Assembly (NCBI GenBank): GCA_964537915.1
Contig: CAZIDM010000007.1
Coordinates: 8,879 to 72,878 of the forward strand
Length of the DNA: 64,000 nt
DNA from: an uncultured Dehalococcoidia bacterium
GTDB taxonomy: Bacteria; Chloroflexota; Dehalococcoidia; Lucifugimonadales; UBA1123
Reading direction: 5' to 3'
Part shown: positions 61,986 through 64,000 of the stretch, one piece after another
Position numbering within the stretch: the first letter of the stretch is position 1
How the letters are laid out: each line of letters begins with the position of its first letter
Made by a program: the position numbers and the translations under genes
The notes under the pieces: generated by a model
Seen by the model: only the letters and a program-made list of their open reading frames with translations
What the model was told of the DNA's origin: nothing
Databases searched by the model: none

Positions 61986-63086
61986 GTGACTGCTGACCTG
62001 CCGAACTCGGCCGGACAGGTGATGACCGTCAGAGGCCCCATCGAACCGGAGCGGGTCGGCGTTACGCTGATGCATGAGCACCTGTTCCTCACTACGAACA
62101 AGACGTACGCGCCGGTCGGCGACACTCCGGCTACGGACTGGCGGCTGTGGGAGCAGGACGTGACCATGGACAGGCTCGACCTCGTCCGTGCTCGCAAGCC
62201 GATCAGGGACAACTGGTTCGTGGCGGATGAGCAGACGGCGGTCGACGAGGCCCTGGAGTTCAGGTATCTCGGCGGCAGCACCTTCGTCGAGGTCACCAGC
62301 ATCGGCCTCAGGCGCGACCCGCTGGGCATGGCCCGCGTGTCCTACGCCACCGGCCTCAACGTGGTCATGGGCACCGGGTGGTACATGAAGCTCTACCACC
62401 CTGACAACATGGACGAGCTGACCGTCGAGGGCATGACCGATGAGATCGTCCGGGACATCACCGTCGGCGTGGGGGACACCGGCATCCGCTCCGGCATCAT
62501 AGGCGAGGTCGGCATCGAGGGCGCTCCGATCACCGAGAACGAGGTCAAGAGCATCCGCGCCGCCGGACGGGCCAGCCGCGCTACGGGAGCTCCCATCACG
62601 TTCCACAGGGGAGGCCAGGGTTGGGAGAAGCTGGCGGTGATCGACATGCTCCGGGAGGAGGGCGCGGACACCTCCCGCGTGGTCTTCGGTCACAGCGACT
62701 CCCTTGCTACGGACATGGACCTCATGCTGGAGATGCTGGGACACGGTGTCTACATCCAGTTCGACCTTCTCGGGCGAGTCGCGGTGCCCCTACGGTACGC
62801 GCCGGACGGCGACGACCTGAGATCGTTCATGACCAGCGCGGGAGCGGCGGCGGTGGCCGACGCGATTCCCAGGCTGATAGACGCCGGCTACATCGACCGG
62901 CTCCTGCTGTCGCAGGACGCCTGCACCAAGATGCAGATGAAGCCGTACGGCGGAACAGGCTTCTCGTTCATCAGCGAGAGGTTCCTGCCTGAGCTGCGCT
63001 CCCGGGGAATCTCAGAGGATCACATCCAGACTATGATGGTCGAGAACCCGAAGCGGGTTTTGACGTTCGTGGAGCCTCGGGACTAA
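61986..63086 (+). CDS. phosphotriesterase-family protein, paralogue 2
   Basis: Collinear with paralogue 1 (VMTVRGPIEPERVGVTLMHEHLF...). Start taken at GTG 61986, after a GGAGGAG. Confidence 0.85.
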   Translation: MTADLPNSAGQVMTVRGPIEPERVGVTLMHEHLFLTTNKTYAPVGDTPATDWRLWEQDVTMDRLDLVRARKPIRDNWFVADEQTAVDEALEFRYLGGSTFVEVTSIGLRRDPLGMARVSYATGLNVVMGTGWYMKLYHPDNMDELTVEGMTDEIVRDITVGVGDTGIRSGIIGEVGIEGAPITENEVKSIRAAGRASRATGAPITFHRGGQGWEKLAVIDMLREEGADTSRVVFGHSDSLATDMDLMLEMLGHGVYIQFDLLGRVAVPLRYAPDGDDLRSFMTSAGAAAVADAIPRLIDAGYIDRLLLSQDACTKMQMKPYGGTGFSFISERFLPELRSRGISEDHIQTMMVENPKRVLTFVEPRD

Positions 63087-63105
63087 CTCCCCGGTTCCCG
63101 AGTTC

Positions 63106-63335
63106 CTGGGTCTCTTAGTTTTCGAGTGCCATCTGTGTGGTCCGTTCGTGGTGAGCCTTGTGTAGTCCGTTCGTGGTGAACCTTGTGTGGCCCGTTCGTG
63201 GTGAGCCTTGTGTGGCCCGTTCGTGGTGAGCCTTGTGTGGCCCGTTCGTGGTGAGCCTGTCGAACCATGTACAGGCGGCCCTTCGACAAGCTCAGGGCGA
63301 ACGGATGTAGGCGAGACGAAATGAGGAGACCCTAG
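63106..63335. repeat. copy 3 (inverted orientation) of the long-hairpin element, carrying a 5 x 25-bp internal tandem amplification (63134-63258)
   Basis: ccgttcgtggtga recurs at 63142, 63167, 63192, 63217 and 63242. The flanks match the reverse complement of 24203-24359. Confidence 0.85.
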
Positions 63336-63415
63336 TCCCCCTCCTTTGCCTTCCCCGCCCCTATCCCATACCATCGCCACCATCGTGACGTGGGTCCTAC
63401 GTGGAGGAGGAGACC
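63332..63415 (+). promoter_or_regulatory. conserved PTE leader, copy 3
   Basis: ctagtccccctcctttgccttccccgcccctatcccataccatcgccaccatcgtgacgtgggtcctacgtggaggaggag. Confidence 0.5.
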
Positions 63416-64000
63416 ATGACTGCTGACGTACCGAACATGGCTGGGAAGGTGATCACCGTCCGGGGGCCTATCGAGCCGGACCGGCTTGGGAACACCATCA
63501 TGCACGAGCACCTGTTCATCACTCTGTACAGGGCGTTCGAGCCGGATGACAACACTCCGGCGACCGAGTGGTGTCTATGGGAGCAGGAGCTCACCATGGA
63601 CAAGCTCGACCTGGCGCGCAACCGCAAGCCGATCCGCGACAACTGGCTGCTGGTCGACGTGCAGACGGCGATCGATGAGGCCATGCAGTTCCGACATCAC
63701 GGCGGCGGCACCCTCGTCGACGTCACCAGCATCGGCATCCGGCGAGACCCGCTGGCGCTGGCTCGCGTGTCGCACGCCACCGGCCTCAACGTCGTCATGG
63801 GCGCGGGCTGGTACCAGAAGCTCTACCACCCGTCCAACATGGACGAGCGGACCGTCGAGGACATGACCGATGAGATCGTCCGCGACGTCACCGTCGGCGT
63901 CGGCGACACCGGCATCCGCTCCGGCATCATCGGGGAGGTCGGCATTGAGGGCGCTCCGATCACCGAGAACGAGGTCAAGAGCATACGTGCATCCGGTCGG
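63416..64000 (+). CDS. phosphotriesterase-family protein, paralogue 3 (partial, runs off the window)
   Basis: Translated by hand from ATG 63416: MTADVPNMAGKVITVRGPIEPDRLGNTIMHEHLFITLY...IIGEVGIEGAPITENEVKSIRASGR. It is open to the end of the window. Confidence 0.85.
   Translation, partial: MTADVPNMAGKVITVRGPIEPDRLGNTIMHEHLFITLYRAFEPDDNTPATEWCLWEQELTMDKLDLARNRKPIRDNWLLVDVQTAIDEAMQFRHHGGGTLVDVTSIGIRRDPLALARVSHATGLNVVMGAGWYQKLYHPSNMDERTVEDMTDEIVRDVTVGVGDTGIRSGIIGEVGIEGAPITENEVKSIRASGR

Overview
This is a high-G+C bacterial chromosomal segment. It mixes housekeeping and catabolic genes with an unusually dense load of toxin-antitoxin and defence genes, gene remnants and short palindromic repeat arrays.

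Core genes:
- yebC, ruvC and ruvA, and trpB.
- An ABC-2 exporter and a peptide-type ABC importer.
- An MFS pump.
- A Baeyer-Villiger monooxygenase, an epoxide hydrolase, a sulfatase, AKR and SDR oxidoreductases, and an ERG4/ERG24-type sterol reductase homologue.
- Three tandem phosphotriesterase-like paralogues.

The enzyme repertoire and repeat style resemble marine Chloroflexota (SAR202-like). I cannot verify that from this window.

Accessory content:
- A large serine recombinase.
- About nine TA modules or remnants: RelE-like/antidote, BrnA, HicAB, VapBC x2 plus an orphan vapB, HigBA, an orphan HigA, HepT/MntA, and Phd/VapC.
- A TIR-like protein next to an Mrr-like nuclease, a GmrSD-like enzyme, a Fic protein and a NYN protein.

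Most interesting observations:
1. An in-frame TGA sits at the redox Cys position of a TlpA-like protein and is followed by a SECIS-like hairpin, which makes it a candidate selenoprotein.
2. A PD-(D/E)xK-like protein occupies the HigB slot upstream of a HigA.
3. Orphan proteins of 439 aa and 95 aa are embedded between TA modules.
4. A low-G+C insertion with 18-bp-phased iteron-like repeats separates the PTE paralogues.
5. All three PTE genes carry a conserved leader.
6. A promoter, three hairpins and a terminator form a leader before the NYN gene.

There are several frameshifted or nonsense genes, which may be real decay or assembly errors. All family assignments come from motif recognition by eye; no searches were run.
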